Shown here one piece after another: positions 49,501-61,396 of a stretch of 64,000 bases of DNA (the stretch's first letter is position 1; every line of letters starts with the position of its first letter). The notes below the pieces were generated by a model. The model saw only the letters and a list, made by a program, of their open reading frames with translations. It did no database searches and was not told the DNA's origin. Origin of the DNA: Psilocybe cubensis (lineage: Eukaryota); NCBI GenBank assembly GCA_017499595.2, contig CM039009.1, positions 2,294,001 through 2,358,000 of the forward strand. Direction: 5' to 3'. Both the position numbers and the translations under genes were made by a program.

Positions 49501-52500
49501 CTACAGGGGCTCTTCTGTCTCGTTCTCAAATTCATCTTCCTCGTCTTCATCTAGAGGTACATCCTCTACCTCCTCTACCTCGTCCTCATCTTCGTCGACA
49601 TCCTCCTCAACATTCTCACTGAAAGGTGCCGCCCATAGCTTTCGAAAGTGGTTCGCGAGGGATGTTTGGATCTCAGCCTGGGATATTGCAAATGCAGATA
49701 TTCCTTCCACCAAATCCTTTGGAGCACCTGGAAGTGCCGACTGTCGCTCTACCCACCAGTCTGATTTGTACTTCAGAAACGCTAATGTTCTCCGCATTTC
49801 CTCTTTTAAAAGCAACACCTCCTCCTTGGCACGCATAACCCGAGCACGACTCTTCGCCCACTCCACTCGCAGAATGTCGTCGTGGTCCTCCTCCGTTCGA
49901 ACGCCCATTGTGACTGTCCATATCCATGATAGGGTTCTTCTGGTCTGTCCTGTTCCATCTCTCCTATTTCTCAGCTGATTCACAAGGTTTATACCGTCAT
50001 CTTCATCAACCTCAACATTCAAAGATGGCTCATGCCCGTCTTCGTATATGCCTTGACGTCCTACACGAGGTCGTAATCGGTCTGGATCCTGATAACCCCT
50101 CACATCCTTATCCTCCAACACCCGGTACGTGTTTTCCCAATCACCATCTCCTGCTAACGCCAAATGTGCAGCTCGTGCAGACCGATACTTTGAGGCCGCA
50201 AAACGTGCTCGCTCGTGGACGCGATCGATTACTGTAGTCGATCGTGTACCGTCTCGCTGTCCTCGAATGTTTTTATTTTTGAAATCAATCATTCTCGATT
50301 TGATGATGAGAATTTGCCGAATCGACGCCAGCGAGTCTGACATCTGGGCAAACCGCAGCTCCTTCTCAATATTGGCAAGTCCGGGGGTACAGATTCGTGA
50401 TCGACAGGGTTCTGGAATTGATGAGGGCAGATAGAGAACGGCGTCTTCAGCGTAGCTAGTCTTGGTCGTAATCGGATGGTCTTTTTGATACTGGACAATT
50501 CCTGGTATGTAGACCGGCAAGAGCTGCTCCCATGCCCGAATACGAGTTGAGAGAATGTTTCGTTGTTCGGTCAAAGACCCTGCCTGCCGGATTGTTGAAT
50601 GAGGTCCTACCCCCTTTGCCAGACGTCTGACACGTCGTCTATCCAATATTGTAAGTCTATGCTATTAGGAGTCTGTATAAAAACTTACTGGGCTTCTTCA
50701 AGCTCCAATCCAAGGGATATAAACATCGAAGATGTTGTGGCATGCTGGAATGAGCCACCCTGTGCCAGAAATTTGGCTTCCTTCTCTGCAAGGTCTTTCT
50801 TCACCTGAGCTTCGCTTAACGCTGAGCCAGTCATGATTACTGTGAAGTCATTGAGCTTTGAAAATGTGGAGAACTCACTTATACTTGGCATATAGTAAGG
50901 GTTTTTCTTCTTGTCCTTCGGAAACTTGTCCAATTCCCACTCAATGCACATTTTCTCCCAAACATCGATCAGCTGCGGATTTTCCTTTTTGACAGATTCG
51001 GTCAGACCACGATGTCCTTCAACCTGAGCATTTCGATCCGCGACTGCCTGTCGATATCTCTTAAGTAGAGTGATACCCATAGACGTGTACTTTAACCAAT
51101 TCCAGAAGCCAAAATGGTCGTCGAGAGTGTCTTGTCTGGCACCAGGGCCCATGGTTTTTGTGGCATTTCCAACAGGGTTGTGCGGGCCCCACACACGTTC
51201 AGGGCATTCTCCATCAGATTGACCAGCCCCAGGAATGAGGTTCAACGAGTAGACATCGTGGTTAGCATGAGACTGTTTGTGCATAGAAGCATGAAGTTTC
51301 GGGATTGCGGGAGTAAACCTCATGTCCGACGATGGTTTGATTTCAGGCGGCCAGTCTTCCTGCATTCTCCTAAGAAGGTTGAGGAACCATTGGCAGGCAA
51401 TGTCATAACTGGCAAGAACGGAGACGACAGCGAGGGCCTTTAAAATCGTCCCAAAAATATAGTCCATGTTGGCATAGCTATCATTATAGATAAGTCAGGT
51501 AATCTGTAGTCGTTAAAGGTTTTAACTCACCGTTCACCCTTATGAAGATTTCCAACTCCTAAAATCATTTCTGATCTGCCGCACACACCCATTCCCACTC
51601 CGGTATATCTCAGGCCCTTCGAAAACTTGCTGTTTGCCTTAGCAAGTGCCTGAAAACCTACGCAGGTGCTTATCTACCTCCACCTATCAGTTTTGACTTG
51701 AAAAGGGGTAACAAACAAATTTCACATACATCGTTTTCGTTTGCTTTACTTTTGACGTACGCCTCATACTTTGTTCGGTGGATCATGTACGCCAGACCCA
51801 AGCCCAGCCCTGGATCCTGGGAGTAATTTGAAACCATTTGATTTTTTAATCTGAAGTTTGCATCTAGGCAAATCATGACCGCATACAAAAACCTATCTGA
51901 AGTCAGTAATAGCATTGATTATAGACTAGTCCGCTTACTTCATATTATCAGGAGCATCCCGCCAGTTATCTGGCAGATTGATGCCAGGGTGCGGACAAGA
52001 TGGACATTTGACCATTAATTCTCCAGGTAAAGTACCTGCCGCTCCCCGTTCATCGTGTCCTCGGCCTGCCCACTTCAGCATCTGTAAATGCCGCCACTGG
52101 AGAACCATCCTCATGAGAGCCCGGTATCGTGACTTTGGTACATCAATACCAAGGTTTGTAGTCGACTTTTCAAGACATCGATAGAAGTCGTAGGTAGAGG
52201 CCTTTGTTGTGAGGGCAAGTCGATGTAAATGTCGAAGGAGTTCAAATGTTGCACAACTCTTCATAGCTAGCTGGGTTGCTGGGTATATACGCCGACGAAG
52301 AAGCTGGAGGTGTGGAGGAATAGCCCTTGAGCAGCCGCAGTACTGAATGTTGCACGAATGGATGCCGTTCGTATGCAGAATCAACATTTTTGAATGACAC
52401 GGAATTGGGTTATCGCAGTAAGCACCAGCATGGTTCAACTGGATGATCAGACCTAGCTCCTTCAGCGTAACGTCTACAAAACTTGAGCCGTTCCATTGCT

Positions 52501-53232
52501 AAAACAATTTAAGTCAAAATCAGAAATTGGGCCGTTAAACCTGAGTACATACCTCAATACGATGAAACGGGTGAAGTCTATGTCTTTTAACACAACAACT
52601 GTTACACGTCAGGTCTGGAGAGAAGCATTCCCTACACCTATACTCTGCTCGGCCTAAAGTTTCCACCCCTCGAGCAACGCAATCGGGACAAGATTGAAGA
52701 TGTCGAAAATCGCCCCGGCCAGACCACCGAATAAGTTCCTCTAGGTATGTCTGTCGATACAATGAGCACCAGACAACATTCGGGCGTTTCTAAAGTAGCG
52801 TGAAACGGTAAGTAATAATCCAAAAAAATTATAATGTATTGTTCGACTCACTGATACCAAACTTCGTTTTGCCTTGACACCGGGCACAGCGGGTGTTATT
52901 GGTATGGACTGGATTTCGTCTTGTTGTTGTTCGCCCTCTGCATTAGGCACCACAATGTCATCGTCCTCTCCATCCATAAAGTCGCCTTCTACAGCAAGGT
53001 CGAAACCAGTACTATCCGGCATCAAGGAATACATATTGTCGTCTTGAGGTATCCAAGATGTAGCCTCGTCCCACGCTCCAGCGGAAAGAATAGTAGAATA
53101 ATTGACTCTACCCTCCGCCGTGCCTTCACTGGAACGGATTGTTGCAAAACTGTCGGGCAAAGGAATAGCATCCCTATATGTCTCTGTTGAGCTTGAGGCC
53201 CCAATTCGGCGTCTTTTCAGTGCATTTGTCAT
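49501..53232 (-). CDS. KDZ transposase with N-terminal CxC2 cysteine cluster, multi-exon
   Basis: CxC2: YRCRECF...CNSCCVKRHRLHPFHRIEQWNG, HTNGIHSCNIQYCGC; CPSCPHPGINLP; KDZ core CLDANFRLK, KGERYANMDY, SYDIACQW, IPKLH, GQSDGECPERVW, LDDHFGFWNW; helical C-terminus LRVEWAKSRARVMRAKEEVLLLKEEMRR and acidic tail. Confidence 0.93.
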
Positions 53233-53690
53233 GTATAAGTATTAATGAGAGTTGTCGAGAAGCTGGGCGATTTGCGTGATTTTGTCAACGAGACGATTAA
53301 AAGCACCTTTAAGCTTTTTGACTTCGAAGTAATTAAGCAAATCAAATGGGCCAAGCAGGACATTCGCAGAAAGACGAATAAGTCACGTGGTTGAACGCGT
53401 AAACGCGTGCCCCAAATCAACAATTTGAATATGGACCCTAAATCAATGGCACTTCAACTTACCTGTCAACCAAACACAAGCTATAAAACTCAACTAAGTA
53501 CGCACTCCGCTTCCTAACCCCCACCATCCTATCACTATTCAATATTCACCACTCGGTGGCTTAGGAATATTCGAGCCCGGACATACACTGAGCCACCAGT
53601 GGTAACTCGCCATCCCATCTATTGCCCGTTTGCCTGCCCATTGCTAATATCATTGCTTTGTCTTCAAAAAGAACGACTTTCTTTCTCGAA

Positions 53691-55319
53691 ATGCCGCCCA
53701 CGTTGCGCACCGATTTCTCCATCGACGTAGCTTTGGAAGAATGGACTGATCTGTGTGGTCAGACTGATGGTCTGTTCAGTTTATCACCGCTCACATCCCC
53801 AGAGCCATCTCCTCCTGCATCTCCTGTCATTTCAGCCAAGATCTCACTCCCAGAACACGGTACCCCCTCGCTCAAGTGTCAGGATCCGTCTCCTACTCAC
53901 GATCATGCACACGACATGCTGCTTCCACCTCCAATTTTTCCCCTGCATATCTCGACATCGTATTCATCAAGCCCGCCGTTTTCGCAGTGCACCATTCCTT
54001 CTGAAGAGATGGTGTTGGCCCCATCTCTCCACATGGTCACCACAACGGCGGACCCGAAGCTGAAGCCCCGCAAAAAAGCAAAGCCGCCTTATCGAGCTGC
54101 CCGACAACATGCCTCCGCAAATGCAGCACGAGCTCATCGACGTGAGCAAACTAAAGGCTCAGTCGTTGACTCAGTGCCTCGCGAATCTTCCCATCGGAAG
54201 TATGTCAAAAGTGCGCAACGAATCAGCAGCACATTTGTTACGGAGAAAGGACGTGCTGCTCGTACCGGGTTTATTGGCATTAACGACCGTTCCAAGTCGT
54301 CGAGGATGTATACTCTGGAGGAGCTTACGGGTCCTACTTCAGAGCATAAGTTCAAACTTGTGAAGTGGGATGGAAAGTATGTACATGTACAATCTCACTT
54401 TTTCATGCACTAAACTCGCGTTTCGTATCATAGGAAGCCAATGTTTGTCTCCGACTCATCTGGCCGCGCCATTCTTATTCTTGCAGGACACCCAGACGAC
54501 GGACAATGGCATAATCTGATGGGTCTTGCTGTAGATGCCCTTGAAATAGCACGAACGCGCTTTATCCCGCCGAAGAAACCAAATCGTCGTGGATCTTTCG
54601 ATTCCCTTCACTGCGGTGTTTCTTTTGGCGGTGGACAAACCTCGCCATCAAATCTTCGCAACAACAAGGTGAACCAGGTGTTGCTGGACTGGCTCAATGG
54701 CTTGGAGCCGTTCAAAAGGTTGGCCGGCTTTGCCTCAGGTGCGTATCCGTCCTCTACAGTAAAAACACTGCTAACCAATTATCATGATTCCACAGGTGCT
54801 ATGCACACCTGGGCTAAAGATTTATTTGACGCCTACGCATCCAACTTGAAGGAACTTCACAAAGACCCCGGCTTGAAACATGTCTTCCCTTCCAGCATTT
54901 TTTCAGCCGCCACCTACAACCTGGGACCTTGTACAGTCTGCCATAGACACAAGGACTTCTCTAATCTTCCCTACGGATACTGTGCTGTCACCGCGCTTGG
55001 CAATTTCGATCCAACACAAGGGGGGCATCTCATTCTCTGGGAATTAGGACTAGTCATCGAGTTCCCCCCCGGCTCTACCATTCTGCTTCCCTCCGTCCTC
55101 ATTTCCCACTCCAACGTCCCCATTTCTTCCAACGAGAGACGATATTCGTTTACTCAATACACTGCGGGCGGGATTTTTCGTTGGGTTGCCCACAAATGCC
55201 AGACAAAGGCAAAATACCTCGCAACCCTCAGTCCTGACGGCTTAGCTGCGTATGCTCAAGAAGAGTCTTTAAGGTGGATTAAAGGTGTGAACTTGATACC
55301 AGTTGTTCTCCGGGAGTAG
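53691..55319 (+). CDS. TET/JBP-family 2-oxoglutarate/Fe(II) dioxygenase (fungal transposon-linked TET), 3 exons
   Basis: WDG.P, RRGSF..LHCGVSFGGGQ, SIFSAATYNLGP, HxD (CHRHKDFSN), GNFDPTQGGHLILWEL, EFPPGSTILLPS, distal His (ISHSN), 2OG-binding RYSFTQYTAGGIFRW; introns ~54378-54433 and 54739-54796. Confidence 0.9.
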
Positions 55320-56087
55320 TCGATACAATGTCTTGGTAGTTATTTGATATGCTGTTTAAAATATGTACAATATTCATGTTCTTGATTTCAATTGCAGTGA
55401 TTCTCGCCAATCATGCCATGATGCAAAGCTAATAGGACACTGAAAATTGTGTTTTTCTATACAATAACTTGACAAATAGATAGAGCTGGTCATCTACTAT
55501 ATGTATATCACAAAAATTTTGTATCGATGCCCGTATTTTGCGAGTGTTACATGAAAAGGTCTGATATTGTGCGGTGATTCTCGGAAAAGCCCGTGCCACT
55601 CATGCAACAAAGATTAGTCGATAGAAAGACCAATTTGAAACCTGTCGGCATAATAAAGACATATATTTGAAGGTATAATTAGCCTGAATGATATATTGTC
55701 AAACTTTTTGGACTGCTCATATGTGTTAAGTTGATGTACTCAAATGTCGCCATAAACTGACCCATCAATATGCATCAATACTGTGTTGGTCTTCCGCCCA
55801 AAAACGTGCAACAATCCCACTTTTAACCAGAGACCTCTGGTACTAATTTCAATGACATTTCAGCTCTATAGACCTTCTAGGTCATGTATCTACATTTATA
55901 TATAGATGGTACCCTCTGTTGCACTATATATTGCAACCTCAAAATTCGAAAACTCGAGTCCCAATGCCTATTTCCATTCTTGTCTTCCCGTCTATATTTA
56001 GAAACCAATAATATTCCGCATTTTCTACCTTGGCAAATTTTCAATCAGCCTTTGTCGATCATTACTGGTTCTATCCTTCACCTCATC

Positions 56088-56589
56088 ATGGCACCCCGAA
56101 AACATCTTTACTTCAAATCCAATCCTGACCGTGACTATCAGTTAAATAGACGCAAAAATCTTTATTATCTGTATGTATTCACCTCACTTGACCGCTACTA
56201 AACTTCACCGTTCTCGACAACAGAAACCACGAAGAAGAAAAGAGAAAAGGGCGTGAAAGGAAGAGACGACAGAGGTAAGCGTCTAAAAATATATGTTAAA
56301 AGTCAATCTAATCAATGATTCAAGAGATCGGATGTCTAAAGAAGAACTTTCCGTGGCTAGAGAGAAACACCGTGAAGCTCAGAAGCGTTATCGTGAAAAA
56401 CATCGAAACAGAATCAATAATAGGGCTCGATTCCTCCGGTAGGCAATACTTTGTGGATACCTTGAGATTATGCTTAACCTCCGACTTTATAGCTTCTTTC
56501 GCAAGAATAAATTAGAGAAAGATAAAAAATTAGAGGAAAGAATAAAGGTATTTGAACGACACTTATTCAAGTTGTTCTCTACCAACTGA
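56088..56589 (+). CDS. Small basic helical (bZIP-like/coiled-coil) protein inside KDZ element, 4 exons
   Basis: Three GT-AG introns splice to MAPRKHLYFKSNPDRDYQLNRRKNLYYLNHEEEKRKGRERKRRQRDRMSKEELSVAREKHREAQKRYREKHRNRINNRARFLRFFRKNKLEKDKKLEERIKVFERHLFKLFSTN*. Confidence 0.7.
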
Positions 56590-56765
56590 ACTTCCACGAT
56601 GGTATCTAGAAGCTCAACATGTAGCTTGTTTAATATAGTAGTTGCAACATTTTTCAATTTTATTACACCTTTTAAACTAACTGCACATAATCTTATAATG
56701 AGCAAAAGAGAGAAGTTAAATTTTAAGAAACTGTACTACCACATTGTAGCTAAATACGTAGATAT

Positions 56766-57752
56766 TTAATGCCGATGGGCCTTCTTCCCCTTGCAATTAG
56801 GGCACGATGAAACCAACCTTAGATTTTCAAGGCGTTGGGATCTTCGGGTGTCTGAGGTAGCTGACGTAGATGCTGTCGTAGATGCTGTCGTAGACGCTTT
56901 GAGACGTGCAGAAGCTCGGCGAGGCTGAACACTGATTGATTCACGCAGATCTGAGGAATCACTGCTAGTGTTGCCAATGTCGTTGTCGTTGTCGGAGTTG
57001 AGAGCAGCGTTGGCGTGTTGTCCATGGGTAGATGAGCGGACAATGGCAACACCGTCAGCGTCAATGCTCCCTGCAGCTTGTTGCCGTGGATTTCGTCCTA
57101 CACGAATTCTTGTTGATGCAGCTGAAAGCCTCCCAAAATAAGGCCATCGGACGTAAACGGTGTCGGGAAGGCGTCGAAGGCGGGTTGAAGGCGCAGATTC
57201 ATAGTCTGCAGACCAAGACTGTGCGGGCACAAGCTGCAGTGCACCTGTCTTTCGATGTTCATCAAGAAAATTGTTGAGAACATCCTTTGGCACACTGAGG
57301 ACGTGTTCAACCATGAAATCACTAAGAAAGCAAGCATAAGAAAAAGATACAGGGCATGAAAATGTCTGAGACTCACGTAGACCTCCTCAACATATTATCA
57401 ATTGGGCCTCGAACAACCACTAGAACAGGAGTAATGCGCCTTGGAGGCCCAGGAAGATCAGGATGAGGGGGGTGAATGAAATGCACATCCCCCGAATCTT
57501 GGCGGGATAGCAAGAACTCTTCAAGGTCTCTTTCCGCAAGAGGTAGAAGGCTGTCAACGCCAATGGAACTGTATTCCAACAGAAAATTTAGCTACATACA
57601 ACAATAACAAACAATAAAACTTACCGATATTCGTTGATAATGACATGCAGCGGAGCTCTTACAATGAAAATAAAGACATTTGGCAGGTCATTGAGAAACT
57701 GAAGATATCCAGGATTGTGAGACTGCCTGTGAAAGGCCAGTTCTGGATTCAT
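56766..57752 (-). CDS. Hypothetical protein inside KDZ element, 3 exons
   Basis: MNPELAFHRQSHNPGYLQFLNDLP... | EYSSIGVDSLLPLAERDLEEFL...HPPHPDLPGPP.. | DFMVEHVL...VYVRWPYFG, basic/Ser-rich tail ending CPNCKGKKAHRH*; GT-AG introns at ~57580-57623 and ~57324-57375. Confidence 0.65.
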
Positions 57753-58070
57753 TCTAGAAGCGAAGGTGGATGAACAAGGAAAGGACACAATGACTGTCCA
57801 GAACACGTTGACTTCCGGAGTCGGGGGTTAAAAAAGGATGGACATCGGAAGAGTTCTTGTCGCTGATAGGCTGGTAATAGCGGGTATTGTGCTTCATACT
57901 TTTGCCGCTGCAAAGGCCAAGATAATAATGAACATACATTTGAGATTGAAATTATAAGGTTACACCGGCGTAACACTATCATACTTTCTGACGATTCGAC
58001 AGCAGGTAAGAGACTTAAAAATTCATTCAACCTGCATAAAGAACTCACCAGATTACCATTGTAGACTTCA

Positions 58071-60466
58071 ATGCCCAATCCTGGTGGTTTTCAAGGCCTT
58101 CGAAAGGCTTTTCTACTAGAACAAAAGCCGCTATATGCAAGGGCTGTCGAACAACAGCTAGTTTCCGAAACACTAGCTGATATAAGTCGACGATTTTTGA
58201 AGAGATTTCCTCTGGATAAGCCAGAGAGCTGGGAACCTACTGAAGATGAGTTAGCTGCTGTTAAAGACGATGAAGCAGAGGAAGAAATTCCGGAATGCGA
58301 TCCTGAAACCCTTTCACCGGAAGAACAGGTGATCTTAGGCAAGCAGAAGAAAGAGAGACAACATCGTCTCCAGACCTTTCGTGGCGTGAGTGCCTGGCCA
58401 TTTTGGGATTGACAGGCTGACGTCACAACACGTCTTTTCATTTACAGAAAATTAAGCGTTGGTTTAAATATCAATATAAACATGATCACAAGACTCCCAA
58501 AGCGTCATCGGCAAACAACGATGCCCAAAATCTCTTCACACTTCTCCTCCAACAACTAGTGGGAAAAGAACCTAATCGCCCACGGTTGAAGACCCCGGTG
58601 AACACGTGGAGAAAGGAAAAGGCCAATCGCGATGCCATTGAGGCAGAAATTGAATCGATGGACCCACCTGTTCCAGTGAAGTTGCTAGCCAAGACCCGGG
58701 ACGAGATTGCAAGGCGACTTTTCCAGGAGTTGACTTCCGAAGAGAAGAGAAAATGGACAAAGATAGCATCAGATGAGCATAGTGATGCAATGGCAAAATA
58801 CAACGCCGACATAGATATTAGTGGGGAATCATTGACTCCGGAACAACGTCAACGGTGCGGCTATTTTGTTTTTCTTTTTTGAATTCCTATGGTTTCTAAC
58901 GGTATACTAATTCTTAATTAGTGCTATTGAAGGAATTGGACCTTTTATGACCACTATCCTTGATTCGCTCTGCCATATTACAGGGTGGAAGTGCACATTT
59001 GTGGCCGGTGGGCCTGAACCTGCAAATGGGGGGATGTTGGGCACTATCAGGTTCGTGATTTTTGTTATACTAGTCCGTGTTCTTATTTCTTCCATTCAAC
59101 GTGAATAGCGTTCATTCAGGAGTTACTTGTGGAGATATTCAGATGAATTTTGGTCGTGCAGAGCGATTCAGGTACAAGACCATTATTATTCCGATCTTCG
59201 GTGATTTTCTTCGCAAATGCTACTGTAAGTTATATGTTGTATTTTATTTTCAACACTGCTGAAGTATTTTAAAGCAAAAACTCAATGTAAAGAGTGGGCA
59301 TTGCCACAAGATCAAGAGCACCTTCCGATGGCTAGATCCGAAGCCTTCAGAAATGAAGACGAATCAATTCAGGCCATTCCAATTATTGGATCTGAAAACA
59401 TGCCTGTGTCTGAATCAGTAGCTCGCACCCAAAAAAAGAAATCTAGAAAACGAAGGAATGCGGTTCCTACTTTACGTCAGGTTTCTCCAGCCCAACTGTC
59501 TCCTACAGCTGAAAATGAAGATTTGGTTGACGTGGACTCACAAAGCCATTTGAAGGGGCATAATCCCTTTCCGGAAGACTGGCCGTATACGTTGGAAGCC
59601 GACGACGACAATGTTTCCGGAAATGAAGGCAGTAATGGAGAAAACTCACCACAACCTTCACCACCACCGTCTCCAGCTGCTCCTCCCTCAGTGCCACCAT
59701 CTCCGTCCATTCCTCGTTCTGTGCCACCATCTCCTTCTGCTTGTGTTTCCGCAACACAGTCTCCTAAAGCAAATCTGGAACACAGGACTAACCGCCCTAT
59801 GGTTGAAAAAGTGGTATCCCCATTGGAGAATACCTCTACCCCGACATCGATAAGTCCACCTGTTGGTTTGCCGCCTCGTACCAACCACCCATCTGTCGCA
59901 GTAACAAACCCAACAAACGCCGCCTCTACACCTACGTTGGTAACAAACACGCCAAATACAATTTCGAGAAACACAATGGGAGTAACCACAGCGATTGAGG
60001 CTGTCTCGAAAACGTCTTCAAAGCGTAAAAGGGATTCAAAATCAAAGATTTCCTCCAAAAAGCGAAAGGCCAATACTAGGTGAGTACACATTATTAAAAA
60101 CCAACTTGAATTTCTAACTGACCATATTACTGCTACGGTTGTACTCAATCAAGTTCAACTACTGATAGAAGTACGACTCAAACATCTGCACCTCCACCGA
60201 CATCTGCACCTCAACCAACATCTGCACCACCACCGACATCTGCACCTCCTCAAACCCAACGACTGACACGAAGCACCGCTCCTACTGCTGCTCCTGCGCA
60301 AGCAAAGTAAGTCTTTACATTGAAATTTTTAGACTTTTGCTTATATTTGTTTATCACCTTTCGAAAAAGATTGCCGCCGATGCCAACAACTTCGGTTGTC
60401 CTCACCCGAAACGGTAAACCTGTCAAGAGTTCGAAGTTCTGGGTATATGCGGAAGATGATAGCTAA
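58071..60466 (+). CDS. HMG-box-like protein of KDZ/TET transposons with long Pro/Ser/Thr-rich tail, multi-exon
   Basis: MPNPGGFQGLRKAFL N-terminus; HMG-like RPRLKTPVNTWRKE...IARRLFQELTSEEKRKWTKIASDEH; TGWKCTFVAGGPEPANGG, VHSG motifs; low-complexity tail with NLS-like KRKR. Confidence 0.75.
60182..60250 (+). repeat. 18-nt coding tandem repeat (TSAPPP x~4)
   Basis: ACATCTGCACCTCCACCG-like units repeated four times. Confidence 0.8.
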
Positions 60467-60804
60467 AATGCTGCGCAGCCAAAATCATATAGCGGCCGGG
60501 TAGTATACTTCTATTAGCTGCTCTATTTTACAAATGTCATCTTTATAATACAATCATACAAATTCTATTTAAGGTTCTTTGAATTTACATGAAGGACAGT
60601 ATCATAAGAATTTACAATACGGACTCCGAAACATCAAGTTAGCGTCGAAACTAAACCCACGCGGCAGAAAAATATGAACGTTGGGGAGTCGATCTCTCAC
60701 CTTGCCAACTTCATACAACGATACATGACACGATACCCACTCGACTAAACGACTGTACAATATGTGATTCTTGCGAGTACCCAAGAGGTTTTCAGGATCC
60801 AGTA

Positions 60805-60934
60805 TTAATCAGTTAAAAATTGAACGTCCCGGCGCTGTCTCGAACGCGGGGTGTACGCTGATACAGAAATTAATCAGGCAAAAAACGACCGTCCCGGCGC
60901 TGTCTCGAACGCGGGGTGTACGCTTATACAGAAG
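60805..60934. repeat. 65-bp tandem duplication just inside the right TIR
   Basis: CGTCCCGGCGCTGTCTCGAACGCGGGGTGTACGCT identical at 60825-60859 and 60890-60924, with shared TTAATCAG..AAAAA and ATACAGAA flanks. Confidence 0.9.
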
Positions 60935-61067
60935 TAGACACATTCCAACCACACTATACTGGACTGGATACACAGATCATAAGGAGGGTACAGGTCAATC
61001 TTATACCTTCATTCACCGAGCCGGCGCCATCAATGCATCGCCTAATCTCGTTATGATGTCAGTGAGC

Positions 61068-61396
61068 CTATTTTTAAATCGTCATCCAACCAGCCTCAAA
61101 TGCATCCACCCCGCCACCCCCACATTGATGTGCGCAAACGGCGGTTTTAGATGTAGACATATTAATAGATTATTTCGGCGTCCTTTTCTCGCCAAAACGC
61201 CTACAGAACAGTGCAAAATCCCCAAAATTTCCCCGGCGGGGCCGCCTGGTGCATTGTTTGGTTGGGATCAACCGGCAAGGCTTCGGCAGTGATTATACCG
61301 CCCACAGACCCTCTGATACATCACCTTGGGCAGTTGGGACTCTCCCCACCAGGATGTATCATGGCACTTGGGGAACTGCCGGGGTATGATACATAA
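61068..61396 (-). repeat. Right terminal inverted repeat of KDZ element
   Basis: Reverse complement aligns with 49046-49385. Confidence 0.92.

Larger units (their letters stand above)
49046..61396. mobile_element. Full-length KDZ (Kyakuja-Dileera-Zisupton) DNA transposon carrying TET/JBP and HMG-like genes
   Basis: Long imperfect TIRs (49046-49385 / 61068-61396) enclosing a CxC2-KDZ transposase, TET/JBP dioxygenase, HMG-like gene and two further genes; candidate direct repeat CTGCGCC(C/T)AC at 49021-49030 and 61415-61424. Confidence 0.92.

Noticed and set aside
59477-60148. 223-aa minus-strand ORF
   Set aside because: Antisense of the low-complexity exon of the HMG-like gene
60805-60934. 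CRISPR-like repeat-spacer interpretation
   Set aside because: Only two units, the intervening sequence is itself duplicated, eukaryotic context and no cas genes
60771-61396. ORFs of 173 and 61 aa at the right end of the KDZ element
   Set aside because: Overlap tandem repeat and TIR, use non-ATG starts; likely spurious
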